NCBI RefSeq assembly: GCF_032054105.1
Contig: NZ_DAMBTK010000003.1
DNA length: 64,000 nt
Reading direction: 5' to 3' (one strand)
Origin: Epilithonimonas sp.
Lineage (GTDB): Bacteria > Bacteroidota > Bacteroidia > Flavobacteriales > Weeksellaceae
Each line of letters begins with the position of its first letter. Within the stretch, counting starts at the first letter, position 1. A program made the translations under genes and the position numbers. The notes beneath the pieces were generated by a model. That model saw nothing but the letters and a program-made list of their open reading frames with translations. It was not told the origin of the DNA and did not search any database. Positions 46,857-56,702 of the stretch are shown piece by piece.

Positions 46857-49628
46857 TTAAATGTTGAAATAGTTTTTAGATTCCTCTTGAAATACTCTGC
46901 TGTTTTGATTTTTTTCAGTACTCTCAACTTCCAAACCCTTCAATGGCTTGTTGGTATTGATGCGGTTCATCTCGTTGTCGTACAGATTGAGATTTTTGTA
47001 CTGCGGATTCAAGACCGCTTTTCCTTCCACGGTTTGGTTGTCGAGTGAAAATTTTACTTTCACGATGTTGCCTTTCTCCAAAGACTTGATGACGTTGTCT
47101 CGGTATTCCGGTTTGTCGAAAATCAGACCTGCCTTATCCACAATTTTCCCTGTATCCACCCCGTAATTTTCGTTGTAGATTTCGAGTTTGTAGTTGCCGT
47201 AATCGTTTTTGTCCTCGTTGAACTTTAGTTTCACAAAGGCGGGAATCATCTCGTCGGTCTTGGTGTTTTTCAGTTCCGTTTTCACGGCTCTGCCTTCAAG
47301 AAGGTTTACGGCTTCTTTTGCGGTAAAGGAATTTTCCTTGCCCACGCCGAAGTTGTGCGTGAATTTTTCACCTTTGTCGTTGGTCAGTTCCGCCTGATAA
47401 GCGTTCAGGAAGATTCCGCCCTTTTCAGATTTGTTGAATTTAAGGGTAAAATCCACCTTGTTTTCGGGCAGGGTTTTGTCGGAAGTCGTCTTGATTTCAA
47501 ACTGCCTTGCCTCGCCTTTGATTCCGTTTTCCAAATCTTTGTGGAGTTTTTCTCCTTCCCCGAAACCTAGGTATTTCATTTGGTCTTTCAGGTACTGCGC
47601 AGTGTCGAATTCTTGTGTGCTCATAATGCTTGTTTTTGAGTTGTTAATAAAATTGTTTTGGTTATCTTGATTTGTTGTTTGTTGTTGGGAAGCAGATTCG
47701 GGAGCGGGATTCAGTCCATTTCTAAAATCATAAATCTGCATCCACTTTTTTTCCTTTTCGGAGAATTCGCGTTCTCCGTTCTTAAAGAACATCTCGGGAG
47801 AAGTGTTTTCCATTTCGGCGATAAAATCTTTATAGGCTTTGGTTTTGGGCGTGATGTACTTGTCGAAAAAGGTCAATTCGTAATGGCTTTGAATATCTTT
47901 CGGAATCTCCTTCTGATGAAAAATGCCATTAAACAATTCGAGTTCTTCGAGGATTTCTTTTACAAAATCTTCTGTCGGATTATGGGAAATGTCGATTTCA
48001 AAGGTTTGGGATTCCTCGTCAAAACCGCCGATTTCCTCATCCATATCGTCTTTGGTAACGCCGATCCAATCATCGTCGTCGCCATATTCTTTACACATAA
48101 TGTCCTCCAAAATATCGTTCGCCAAAAGATATTCTGCTTCCGAGCGATTGACCTTGATATGGAATGCTTCGCCTTGACGCTCCTCGGGAATGTGTTGGAG
48201 AAATTTCTCCTCCCGATTTTTAGTATTTTCAACGACATTTTTTGAGGAATAATGGTTTTCCACCTCGTTCATCAGTTTATTCAGAGAGTATTGCGAAAGC
48301 CTGTCCAACAAGAAGGGCTGTTTTCCTTCGGCGATTCTCACCAAAAGAATCGGGTCTGTATCATATTGCGACATCGTCAAATCCAAATATGCCTTTAGTT
48401 CTTCGGTCGAGTCAAAATCGAAAGGTTTTGGTGCCACGGATTTGGCTTCGTCATTCGCATAAACACCTATTTCCACGGTTATCTTTTCATTCGAGCTGTA
48501 TCGATTTCCTAATTCGCCGACTATGGGTTCCGCATTCAGATTATCCTTGCTGAACTTGTCGACGAGATGGTCATAGACATTGATTTTGGTCTTTTCGTAG
48601 AGGGAATGAAAATTTCCGCTTTCCAATAAAATCGCGTCCAAAGCCGTGAATCCCATCAGTTCGAGTTTTTCGCGGTATTCCTTGTACATCTGCTCGTTCA
48701 CATTGTTTCCGTAGAGGATTACTCCCGTTCCGGCGTGAATGGTCATCAGTTCTGTCAATTTCTCGAATTGCCGATGTTGCGGAAGAATGAACTTCCCCAC
48801 AATGTCGTTCGCATTGTTCAGGATGATGGCTTCCGTCTTGTTGGACAACCCAAATTTTTGGCTCGAAATGTAGGCGGCGGTATCTTCGGGACTGCTTATT
48901 TTAAACGGTTGATAATTGGCGGCAAAAATCTGCTTGTTGAAGGAAAAGGTGCTGACTTTTTCCTGCAGTTGGTTTTGCTCGGAAAGTTCCAACACTCGGT
49001 CGTTTCCCAACTCGCCGTTAAAAACCAAATATTTTCCCGAACGCAAATTGATGACGATGCCGTCTTCCACCTTTATTCCCGTGTGGTCGAAAATGTCGTG
49101 CAATCTTTGCAACATCAGTCGGTCGTGTTTGCTCGAAATCAGTTGTCCGCTCGGATGGTTGTGGACAAGCGTAATGCTTTCGGGCTGCATTTTGAAGACA
49201 TTCCCCGTCAACAACCGCAAATCCACGACCGTGGAAGTAATTCCGCCTGTCGAAAGATGCTGAACGAGGTAACTGTCGTCCTTGAATTTGTAAAGCGCAA
49301 AAGTGTGTTCCACCGCCTCGTCCTCAAGCGCACGGAAAAGCCACGCCACATCGTTCACATCCGAAACTTTCGTACCCGCTCGAAATGAAAGACTTTTATT
49401 TTCCGAAAACTGCCTTTCTACGAGCGCAAAATCATTGGTGTAACCTTGATTGTCCTTTTCCCGTAGGATGGCGGAATTTGGGTAAGCATCATTTCGCCCG
49501 CTGAAAAGTTTGTAAGGTAAAACTTTGCCTTCCGAAGTTTTGAGATATTTCGTCGCCTCGTCCGTTGGAAAGCGAAAATTCGTGTTCGGTCCATATTTGC
49601 TTTGATAATTAAAAAGGTCTATGTCCAT
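46857..49628 (-). CDS. 923-aa conjugative-element protein with a RadC-like JAB/MPN domain
   Basis: JAB motif ITLVHNHPSGQLISSKHD at about aa 152-168. The C-terminal ~250 aa resemble repeat domains common in Bacteroidota conjugative transposons. Confidence 0.7.
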   Translation of the reverse strand: MDIDLFNYQSKYGPNTNFRFPTDEATKYLKTSEGKVLPYKLFSGRNDAYPNSAILREKDNQGYTNDFALVERQFSENKSLSFRAGTKVSDVNDVAWLFRALEDEAVEHTFALYKFKDDSYLVQHLSTGGITSTVVDLRLLTGNVFKMQPESITLVHNHPSGQLISSKHDRLMLQRLHDIFDHTGIKVEDGIVINLRSGKYLVFNGELGNDRVLELSEQNQLQEKVSTFSFNKQIFAANYQPFKISSPEDTAAYISSQKFGLSNKTEAIILNNANDIVGKFILPQHRQFEKLTELMTIHAGTGVILYGNNVNEQMYKEYREKLELMGFTALDAILLESGNFHSLYEKTKINVYDHLVDKFSKDNLNAEPIVGELGNRYSSNEKITVEIGVYANDEAKSVAPKPFDFDSTEELKAYLDLTMSQYDTDPILLVRIAEGKQPFLLDRLSQYSLNKLMNEVENHYSSKNVVENTKNREEKFLQHIPEERQGEAFHIKVNRSEAEYLLANDILEDIMCKEYGDDDDWIGVTKDDMDEEIGGFDEESQTFEIDISHNPTEDFVKEILEELELFNGIFHQKEIPKDIQSHYELTFFDKYITPKTKAYKDFIAEMENTSPEMFFKNGEREFSEKEKKWMQIYDFRNGLNPAPESASQQQTTNQDNQNNFINNSKTSIMSTQEFDTAQYLKDQMKYLGFGEGEKLHKDLENGIKGEARQFEIKTTSDKTLPENKVDFTLKFNKSEKGGIFLNAYQAELTNDKGEKFTHNFGVGKENSFTAKEAVNLLEGRAVKTELKNTKTDEMIPAFVKLKFNEDKNDYGNYKLEIYNENYGVDTGKIVDKAGLIFDKPEYRDNVIKSLEKGNIVKVKFSLDNQTVEGKAVLNPQYKNLNLYDNEMNRINTNKPLKGLEVESTEKNQNSRVFQEESKNYFNI

Positions 49629-49640
49629 CGCTATAAAAAA

Positions 49641-50375
49641 TTACCTGCGGAATCCTCTGCGTTTTTCCTGTTCCTGTTCGATTTCTTGCTCGTTTTCCTC
49701 GTCCTCTTGCTGTGATTTGGCTTCCCTTACAGAATTCGCGTCCTGATAAAGGTCGGGGTCGTTCACGTCAAGCCGTACTTCGGACTGCTGCTGTTTTTGC
49801 GCCTGCTTCGGGGATTGAGCCACCTCGTTCACGGTATTGATTTCTTTGGACAGGATATTGAGGTTGTTGATGATGTCCTTGGCGATTTCGGGGTACTTGT
49901 CGATTTTATCCTGCAGGAATTCTTTCAGTTTCAGGAGTTCGTCCTTGTAGCGGTTGATTTCCTCGGAATCGTTTCGACCTAAAATAGTCTTGGTCAAAAC
50001 TTCCGCATTAAAAACCATATCATATTCCTCCAAAGATTTTGTGGATTCGTTGTAGAGGAACGCTTTTTTGGAGATATTGAAATCGGGGTTTTGGTCGTTC
50101 AGATTTTTCTCCGAAACATACTGTACCGATTCTTTTTTGGATTGGTCTAGAATTTCGGAAAGGGAATGCTCCATTTGATAGACTTTTACCTCCAATTTGG
50201 AGTTGTTGTCGGTCAGTTGGAAGGTGATTCGGTCTTTCTCGTTGTCGGCGACAAGGATTTTTCCCTGCATAAATTCGATGATGTCGTTGGCGTTCAGTCT
50301 TTTCGAGAACGAATTGTCGGCTTCGATGATGCCGAATTTTTTCAGGTCGTCTGTTGGTAGTGGGTTAGTGTTCAT
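49641..50375 (-). CDS. Acidic conjugative-element protein of unknown function
   Basis: 244 aa with an EQ-rich tail. It lies in the same operon as the JAB protein. Confidence 0.5.
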   Translation of the reverse strand: MNTNPLPTDDLKKFGIIEADNSFSKRLNANDIIEFMQGKILVADNEKDRITFQLTDNNSKLEVKVYQMEHSLSEILDQSKKESVQYVSEKNLNDQNPDFNISKKAFLYNESTKSLEEYDMVFNAEVLTKTILGRNDSEEINRYKDELLKLKEFLQDKIDKYPEIAKDIINNLNILSKEINTVNEVAQSPKQAQKQQQSEVRLDVNDPDLYQDANSVREAKSQQEDEENEQEIEQEQEKRRGFRR

Positions 50376-51192
50376 AATGTTGTGCGATTAATTGTTTTGC
50401 TTGAATGAGTTCGTTCAGAAAATTCAGGGGATTGATGAATTTTCCAAATTCCTTCACGGAAAAATGCAGGTGCGGTCCGGTTGAGTTTCCCGAGTTTCCG
50501 CTCTTGCCGATGACGAATCCCGCCTTTACCACTTCTCCTGCTTTATAATATTTTTCGGAGAGGTGCAGATAGGCGGTCTCGAAACGGTTGTGGTGCAGGA
50601 CTTTGATGTAGTTTCCGCCACCTTTAGTGTCCCATCCCGATTCGGTAATGATGCCGTCCATCACAGCAAAAACATTTTCATATCTAGCCTTGATGTCGAT
50701 GCCGTTGTGGAATTTTTGTCCGCCAAAAATGGGATGGAAGCGGTTTCCAAAAGCCGAACTCAAGTTGAGTGCATTTTTCACGGGCATCATAATCTTGTTC
50801 GGGGAAAGAACATTTTCTTCCTTTGCTTTTAAGGATTTTTGCAATCCCGATTTTTCTATGGAAAGATTTCTTTTAAGGATTTGGATAAGGGAATCTTCCA
50901 CGCGTTTGATGTCTAATTGATGTGGAATAGGCTTTCCCTTTTTTATTTCCAAAATCATCTTTTTCAGGGAATCAAGTTCCTTACGCAAGACTTTCTTTGA
51001 AGAATTCTTCAGCAAAAAATTTCCCTTTTCAGAAACTCTTGTTTCATTGGTTTTAGAATTAGTTTCCTTCCCTGAATTTTCAATAAATTCAGGTTTGTTT
51101 TCTTCCATTTTCTTCACAAAAGTTACAGTGTTGAATTGTGCCTTTAACGAAAATTGAATGAGCACGGTAAAAAGTAGGATGTATCGTTTCAT
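50365..51192 (-). CDS. M23-family metallopeptidase (peptidoglycan hydrolase)
   Basis: Signal peptide, HNGIDI, and GNSGNSTGPHLHFSV. Confidence 0.85.
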   Translation of the reverse strand: MKRYILLFTVLIQFSLKAQFNTVTFVKKMEENKPEFIENSGKETNSKTNETRVSEKGNFLLKNSSKKVLRKELDSLKKMILEIKKGKPIPHQLDIKRVEDSLIQILKRNLSIEKSGLQKSLKAKEENVLSPNKIMMPVKNALNLSSAFGNRFHPIFGGQKFHNGIDIKARYENVFAVMDGIITESGWDTKGGGNYIKVLHHNRFETAYLHLSEKYYKAGEVVKAGFVIGKSGNSGNSTGPHLHFSVKEFGKFINPLNFLNELIQAKQLIAQHYEH

Positions 51193-51197
51193 TTTGG

Positions 51198-53189
51198 TCA
51201 GTTTAAGATTTTCAGGGCGTCGATGATGAGTTCCACCTCCTTGTTGATTCTTCGGAAATTGGTCATCAGCACTTCCTCTTTTCGGTTTTTTCCCGTTTTG
51301 TCCGTGAAATTGTAGTAGGTCGGCATTTTCACATAGTTCTGTTCCTCGTGTTTAATCTTCTCCATATCGAGGTTGATTTTCCCGCTGATTGCCGAAGATT
51401 TGTATTCCGAGTTGTCGTTTTCCTCGCTTTGGGCAATCATTCCGACCATTTCTCCGGTGCGGAGTGCGGCGATTTTTCCTGCAGGAATCATATTGTCCAT
51501 CTTTTCGTTGATACTCGTGGTGGTTCCCTGTTGCGAGATACTCTGCGAATAGGTTTTCTGCTTTATTTTTCCGAATAGTTTTTCGAGCCATTCCAAGGTG
51601 TTCTTATCCCTTGCAGAACCTGAAAGGATGTTCCCGACGATGGCGGAAATGGTGTCTGCGACTTCTTTTTTGTAAAACTGTCGGAGTTGCGGAATTTCCT
51701 GAAGTCCCAAAAGCACGGCAATCTTGTTGCTTCTTGCGGTTGCCACCACATTGTCGATTTTGTGGATGTAGATGGTTGGGAACTCGTCGGCAATAATTCC
51801 GCCGGGAAGATTTCCCTTGTTGTTAATCAAGGTCAAAGTTCTGTTTAAGACGGAAGAGTAAAGGGCTGAGTTGATGTCCTGTGTTCCGGGATTGGAAGCC
51901 AATATCATTATCGACGGATTTTCGCTGTTGGTAATCTTCAGTTCCACTTCGTCGCCTGAAAACACCCAAAAACTTTCCTTGGTCGCCAATCTTGAGAGGA
52001 AGATTTTCAAGGTTCCGACCTGTCCCTCCAATTGGTCGAATGCCTTGTTGTCATATGCCGTCTTGAAGGGAGAAAGAAGCGAGGACAGTTCCTCGTGAGT
52101 AAAGAGCGTCTCGAATATTTCCTCGTAACTCTTGTTCATAAAAGCCAAAAGATGGGGCAGTGTGGAAAATTTTCCGTTCTCGTAAGTTGCAAAAAAGTAG
52201 ATGCACGAGGATAAAAAATTAATTGCTGATTGCGTAAAAAACTGCTCCGAACCGCCACCTGCACTTGCACCACCTTTTTGCAGTGCTGAAACCATCGCTT
52301 CCGCCATTTCCTGTGCTTCCGCCAAAGTTCGGATGTATTCCTTTTTAAAGGGATTCACTCGTTTCGAGCCTTCCACCTCGTTCAGATTGATGATGTTGAA
52401 TTGATGTTGATATCCTCCATCATTGGATTTCTTCAAAAGATAGTGGTAGTACGCAATCTGTGAAAGGTCGGGAAACTTGAAATCATAGATACACAGCGAG
52501 AAACCTTTGGCGACCATCTGTCGGATTGCGGGATTGATGACGCCGAACGATTTTCCCGAGCCGGGCGTTCCGATGACCATCGTTCCACGAAACGGATTGA
52601 GGTTGATCCATCCCTTGTGCGTCATCTTTTGGTAGCGGAACAAATAGGGCAGGTTCACCGACGTGTCGGTTTCCGCCAATTCTGTGTTTTGAGCAAAACT
52701 TTCCTCCTCCACATTCCATCGGTCTTTCCCCATTTTCTGCTGCATGTATTTCGAGATGCTGTCGGCACCCATCTGTGCAATCATCGCTCCCAAAAGGGAA
52801 AGCAGGGCGTATCCGATTTGGAAGACGTTCATTCCGGGCAGGATGTTTGGGATGGATCTGTCGTCGGTAAGAGGAATGAGGAAGAGTGAGCCGACCATCA
52901 TTCCGACACCGAAAATAATCGGCAGGATGATGGATTTCACGATGTTCAAATCCTGTTTCTTCTTCGCCTTGGTTCCCGCCGCTACGATGGCGATTAAAAT
53001 CAGTGTCGAAATTTTGGCGTTGATGGGCGGGGAGAAAATCCCCATCTTGGCAAATCCCTCCAACAGTTTTGAAAGCACGGGAACATTGGCGTGTAGGAAA
53101 AACAACGTGATGCATTCCATCGCCACGACGGCATAGACCAATTTTTGGAAGAATCCGTAAATCTTGATTTGGTGCTGCTGTTCCTGCAT
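51198..53189 (-). CDS. Type IV secretion coupling protein (TraG/TraD/VirD4 family)
   Basis: N-terminal TM helices, Walker A GTPGSGKS and Walker B-like GGIIADEFP; 663 aa. Confidence 0.85.
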   Translation of the reverse strand: MQEQQHQIKIYGFFQKLVYAVVAMECITLFFLHANVPVLSKLLEGFAKMGIFSPPINAKISTLILIAIVAAGTKAKKKQDLNIVKSIILPIIFGVGMMVGSLFLIPLTDDRSIPNILPGMNVFQIGYALLSLLGAMIAQMGADSISKYMQQKMGKDRWNVEEESFAQNTELAETDTSVNLPYLFRYQKMTHKGWINLNPFRGTMVIGTPGSGKSFGVINPAIRQMVAKGFSLCIYDFKFPDLSQIAYYHYLLKKSNDGGYQHQFNIINLNEVEGSKRVNPFKKEYIRTLAEAQEMAEAMVSALQKGGASAGGGSEQFFTQSAINFLSSCIYFFATYENGKFSTLPHLLAFMNKSYEEIFETLFTHEELSSLLSPFKTAYDNKAFDQLEGQVGTLKIFLSRLATKESFWVFSGDEVELKITNSENPSIMILASNPGTQDINSALYSSVLNRTLTLINNKGNLPGGIIADEFPTIYIHKIDNVVATARSNKIAVLLGLQEIPQLRQFYKKEVADTISAIVGNILSGSARDKNTLEWLEKLFGKIKQKTYSQSISQQGTTTSINEKMDNMIPAGKIAALRTGEMVGMIAQSEENDNSEYKSSAISGKINLDMEKIKHEEQNYVKMPTYYNFTDKTGKNRKEEVLMTNFRRINKEVELIIDALKILN

Positions 53190-53623
53190 TATGGGTATCT
53201 GTTTTCAATAATGGTGTTGATGTCGTTCAAAGAGATGTCGATGTGGCACAGCGAGGCAAATTCCCGCAGGAAAAGGATGATGTCCGTAAAATGTTCCTTG
53301 GAAATCTTGTCGTAATACACCTTTACGCCGTAAAGCGGCTTAATCAATTGGACGGCTTTTTCAAATTTTTCGGAATCTGTAGCGGAGATTTCAAATCGCT
53401 TTCTGAATTGAAGCCAATCGTAAACGTAGAAAAAGCGGATGCAGAAATATTTTTCGTCAAACAGGCTAATGAATTCCTTTTGAAACTTCATGATGCTTGC
53501 CTCGTTGACGGTGTCGTTGAATTCGTCAACAAATCTCGGGTTGTCGGTTTTCGGGGTCATAAGTCCGTCGAGGTTCAGATTTAGAAAAAGTGTTTTCAGT
53601 TTGTTGGTGGTTTTGGTAGCCAT
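53189..53623 (-). CDS. Hypothetical conjugative-element protein
   Basis: 144 aa. Its stop overlaps the coupling-protein start by 1 nt. Confidence 0.45.
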   Translation of the reverse strand: MATKTTNKLKTLFLNLNLDGLMTPKTDNPRFVDEFNDTVNEASIMKFQKEFISLFDEKYFCIRFFYVYDWLQFRKRFEISATDSEKFEKAVQLIKPLYGVKVYYDKISKEHFTDIILFLREFASLCHIDISLNDINTIIENRYP

Positions 53624-53642
53624 AATTTTTGATTTTAAATGA

Positions 53643-54512
53643 TTAAAAAGTGTCTGCGTTCAGGATGTCGGAATACTTGATTCCCATCTCAATAGTTCTT
53701 CCCGAAAGTTGTTCCTCCACGAAGCGTATTTTCAGAATCTTGCTGTTCGGATAGGTAAACTTCTTGAAGACATAGATGTTCCGGTAGTTTTTCTTGAAAC
53801 CTTTCTGCGACTGAAATCGGTAAATCGGTTTCATTTCGATGCTTTGGTTGTTGGTTGCCTTGTAGATTTTCTTGTCCTCCACGGAAAACTTGACGTCGTC
53901 AATTTGGTAACTCATATTCGACTTGTTGGCGATATTGATGTCGAGAAAGATGTAGTCGCCAACCACGTACACATTGTTGAGTTGCAGGGAAAGTTTCAGT
54001 TCGTTCACCGTCCTCAAAGGCGTTTTGTAGGTTTTTTCGATGATGTTTTTCGAAAATCGGTGGAGTTCCGTGTTGGAAAAAGCCTGTTTCGGAAATTCCA
54101 AGGGCTGCATATCCTCCGGCTGAATTTGGATGTTGGTCTGCACATTGATTCGGTCGCTCGATCCAAAAAGAGCGCGGTATTGCGCCATAAACGATTGTCC
54201 CACTACGGTTACCACGCCGACTTCCTCGCTCGACTTCATTATTTTTTTGTTGAACTGTTTCGAGGAAATCGAATCTTTCGGAGCGGGATTGATTTTAATT
54301 CTCGCAATATTTTCAGCGGGAAGGTCGCCCACCAAAAAATCCGAGGACAAGTCCACAAACTGAATCGGTTCGGGGGAGATGATGTGCACGTTCACGCCTT
54401 CGCCCATGTCAAGTTCGGGAAGTTGGGTGATGCGGATTTCGGGTGTGGAAGTTTGGGCAAAAACGCTTGCCGAAAATAAAAAGGAGAGGATGGTGTAAAA
54501 AAAGGTCTTCAT
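53643..54512 (-). CDS. traN: Conjugative transposon protein TraN-like
   Basis: Signal peptide MKTFFYTILSFLFSASVFAQ from the ATG at 54512. Position after traM and size (~290 aa) fit TraN. Confidence 0.7.
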   Translation of the reverse strand: MKTFFYTILSFLFSASVFAQTSTPEIRITQLPELDMGEGVNVHIISPEPIQFVDLSSDFLVGDLPAENIARIKINPAPKDSISSKQFNKKIMKSSEEVGVVTVVGQSFMAQYRALFGSSDRINVQTNIQIQPEDMQPLEFPKQAFSNTELHRFSKNIIEKTYKTPLRTVNELKLSLQLNNVYVVGDYIFLDINIANKSNMSYQIDDVKFSVEDKKIYKATNNQSIEMKPIYRFQSQKGFKKNYRNIYVFKKFTYPNSKILKIRFVEEQLSGRTIEMGIKYSDILNADTF

Positions 54513-54516
54513 AATG

Positions 54517-55731
54517 TTAAGGTTGATTGGTATTTTGTTTAAGGTCTTTTTCATTAATTAAAAAGATGTAGGAATTGTACTTGAGTTTGGCTTTGTTGGT
54601 TCTAATCAGGTTTGCCGCGGTTTGTGAGGCGGAACGGAACGCTCCCGACAAAAGACTCGTGTAAAATCCCTTGCCTTCGGAATCGATGTTCGTTCCCTGC
54701 ACGGAATTGCTTCCAAGCTCTCGCAACATTTCACGGAAGGTGCTGTTCGGAACATAAAGTCCCTGCATTCCGTCGGTATCGTAAACGGTTAAATTGATGG
54801 GTAGGATTTCGCCACTGCGCATTACGGAAACCACGTTCAGGTTCACCCGCTGCAAAGAAAATCCCGAAATCTGACCATAAAGCAGGGTTCCCTTCGGCAG
54901 TTTTTGTCCGCCTGCGAAGACATCCTCCAACAATCGCAACCGTATCCTGCTGCCTAGAAATCCGGTCAGGTTTTCATCTATGACGGCTTTCACAAAGTTG
55001 CCCTCCTTTTCACGGTAGATGGAATTGAAGCCGTTGTGGATATTGGATTTTGCGACATAATAGGTGGAATTGAGAAAGGCGTCCATCTTTTCCTTATTCT
55101 TCTTCAGCAGTTCCTGCGCCTTTAATTGCGCCTGAAATTCGGGGTCTCTTGATTTTTCCAAGGAATCGAGCACGAGCATTTGCTGACGCATCATCTTTAC
55201 CGGATCCAACGCTTTTGAATCCTCAGCAGATGGAGAGGTGTTCTTTGCTAAATTCTGCGCATTATTTGAACTTCCGCTCGAACCTTCTTGGTTCAACATT
55301 CGGATGATGTCCTTGGAACGCTGAAAGTCTCCGTCGTCGGAAGTTTTCGGTGTGTAGTAAGAGTTTTGTCCCTGATTTCCCTTTTCCGAAATCTGACTTT
55401 TTCTCGACTCGTTCAGGGAATCGATATAGCGTTTCTGTCGGTATTCCAAATTGTCGCTGAATTGATTCAGGCTGTCATTTTCCTGTTGCAGTCCGTCCAA
55501 CATCGTCCTGCCGTCGGTTTTCGAGAATAATTTGTCGTAGGCGTCGTTTTTGGAGAGGATAGAGTCCTGCGTTTCGCCGAGCGATACCGAAAGTTCCTGC
55601 TGTGGCGGTTTCTTCGCATCACCACTTCCCATAAACTTGCTTCCTTGAAATCCTAAAAACAGGATAAAGGGCAGTGCGATGAGCGGAAGGATGTATTTCT
55701 GCTGTTTAAGGTTTATTTTTTTAAAGTCCAT
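54517..55731 (-). CDS. traM: Conjugative transposon protein TraM-like
   Basis: N-terminal TM segment (YILPLIALPFILFLGF), a Q/S-rich linker and a conserved C-terminal domain. Gene order is K-L-M-N. Confidence 0.75.
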   Translation of the reverse strand: MDFKKINLKQQKYILPLIALPFILFLGFQGSKFMGSGDAKKPPQQELSVSLGETQDSILSKNDAYDKLFSKTDGRTMLDGLQQENDSLNQFSDNLEYRQKRYIDSLNESRKSQISEKGNQGQNSYYTPKTSDDGDFQRSKDIIRMLNQEGSSGSSNNAQNLAKNTSPSAEDSKALDPVKMMRQQMLVLDSLEKSRDPEFQAQLKAQELLKKNKEKMDAFLNSTYYVAKSNIHNGFNSIYREKEGNFVKAVIDENLTGFLGSRIRLRLLEDVFAGGQKLPKGTLLYGQISGFSLQRVNLNVVSVMRSGEILPINLTVYDTDGMQGLYVPNSTFREMLRELGSNSVQGTNIDSEGKGFYTSLLSGAFRSASQTAANLIRTNKAKLKYNSYIFLINEKDLKQNTNQP

Positions 55732-56074
55732 TTTTTAATTTTTCATATTGGTTATAGAGGTACTCAATCCTGATGCTGTCGGTTTTCGACAAAGACTGCT
55801 GCGAACCTTTCGCTTTAAAGGCCGAAAGTTCGCCCACGATTTTTTCCATCGATTTCTCTTTCGCCTCCTGATTTTGCTTTACCTTGTCGCTTTTGGTGTA
55901 CAAACTTGGAATTGCGCTTCCCAAGGTTACTTTCGGCGGAAAGAAGCAGTATTGCAGGATGGAGAAAATCAGTGAGAGGATGAGTACCGCCATTGCATAG
56001 GCGAATACTTTTCGGGGTTGGGAGAATATTCGTTCCTTCAGCACCCCGTATTTTTTGATGATGTTTTCTTGCAT
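55721..56074 (-). CDS. TraL-like small membrane protein
   Basis: 117 aa with one TM segment, lying between traK and traM. Confidence 0.55.
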   Translation of the reverse strand: MQENIIKKYGVLKERIFSQPRKVFAYAMAVLILSLIFSILQYCFFPPKVTLGSAIPSLYTKSDKVKQNQEAKEKSMEKIVGELSAFKAKGSQQSLSKTDSIRIEYLYNQYEKLKNGL

Positions 56075-56075
56075 G

Positions 56076-56690
56076 TTAATAGGAGAATTTGGGTTGGTTG
56101 GAGATTTCTGAATTGTCGATGATGCGCCAATCTTTCAGCAGCACACCGTGCGGATTGTTCGGACTTCGGACGATGTCCTCGAAACGACCTTCGGTAAAGA
56201 GTTTTCTCACGATGAGTGCCGTTTTTCTGTTAATCATCTGTTTCCCGAAAAACATAAACTTTCGATCGTTGGAATTGATTTGGATCGAGTCCGTGGTAAC
56301 CGTCACCATCGAGTTCGAGGAAATCAGTTGGTTGTAGAATCCCTTTTCACGCAGGTTGGTGTATTCCTTTTTTCCCGTATCGTCAACCAGGTATAGCGAT
56401 TTCTCGATATTGTCCTTGATGTATTGGTCATCAGGAGCAAGGGTGAAAAACAGTCGGTGGAAGAGTTCCACCTGCGAACGGTATTCCACCGGACGGTTCA
56501 GCAGTTCGTCGGTCTGCTTTACCAAAACCGGAACGCCGTTATCCAAGACATAGAGCGATTTTCTAGATTCCTTGATAAGTTGGTAGGCGAATCCGAATCC
56601 CGCCAAAACCATAAACAGAGACACCGTCAAAGCCGTGATGGAGACCGCCTTGTTAATCCTTATTTTTTCTTCAATACTTTTTATCAGCAT
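56076..56690 (-). CDS. traK: Conjugative transposon protein TraK-like
   Basis: 204 aa with an N-terminal TM segment (AVSITALTVSLFMVLAGFGFA). Size and position are typical of TraK. Confidence 0.75.
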   Translation of the reverse strand: MLIKSIEEKIRINKAVSITALTVSLFMVLAGFGFAYQLIKESRKSLYVLDNGVPVLVKQTDELLNRPVEYRSQVELFHRLFFTLAPDDQYIKDNIEKSLYLVDDTGKKEYTNLREKGFYNQLISSNSMVTVTTDSIQINSNDRKFMFFGKQMINRKTALIVRKLFTEGRFEDIVRSPNNPHGVLLKDWRIIDNSEISNQPKFSY

Positions 56691-56702
56691 AGTTTTTAGT
56701 TT

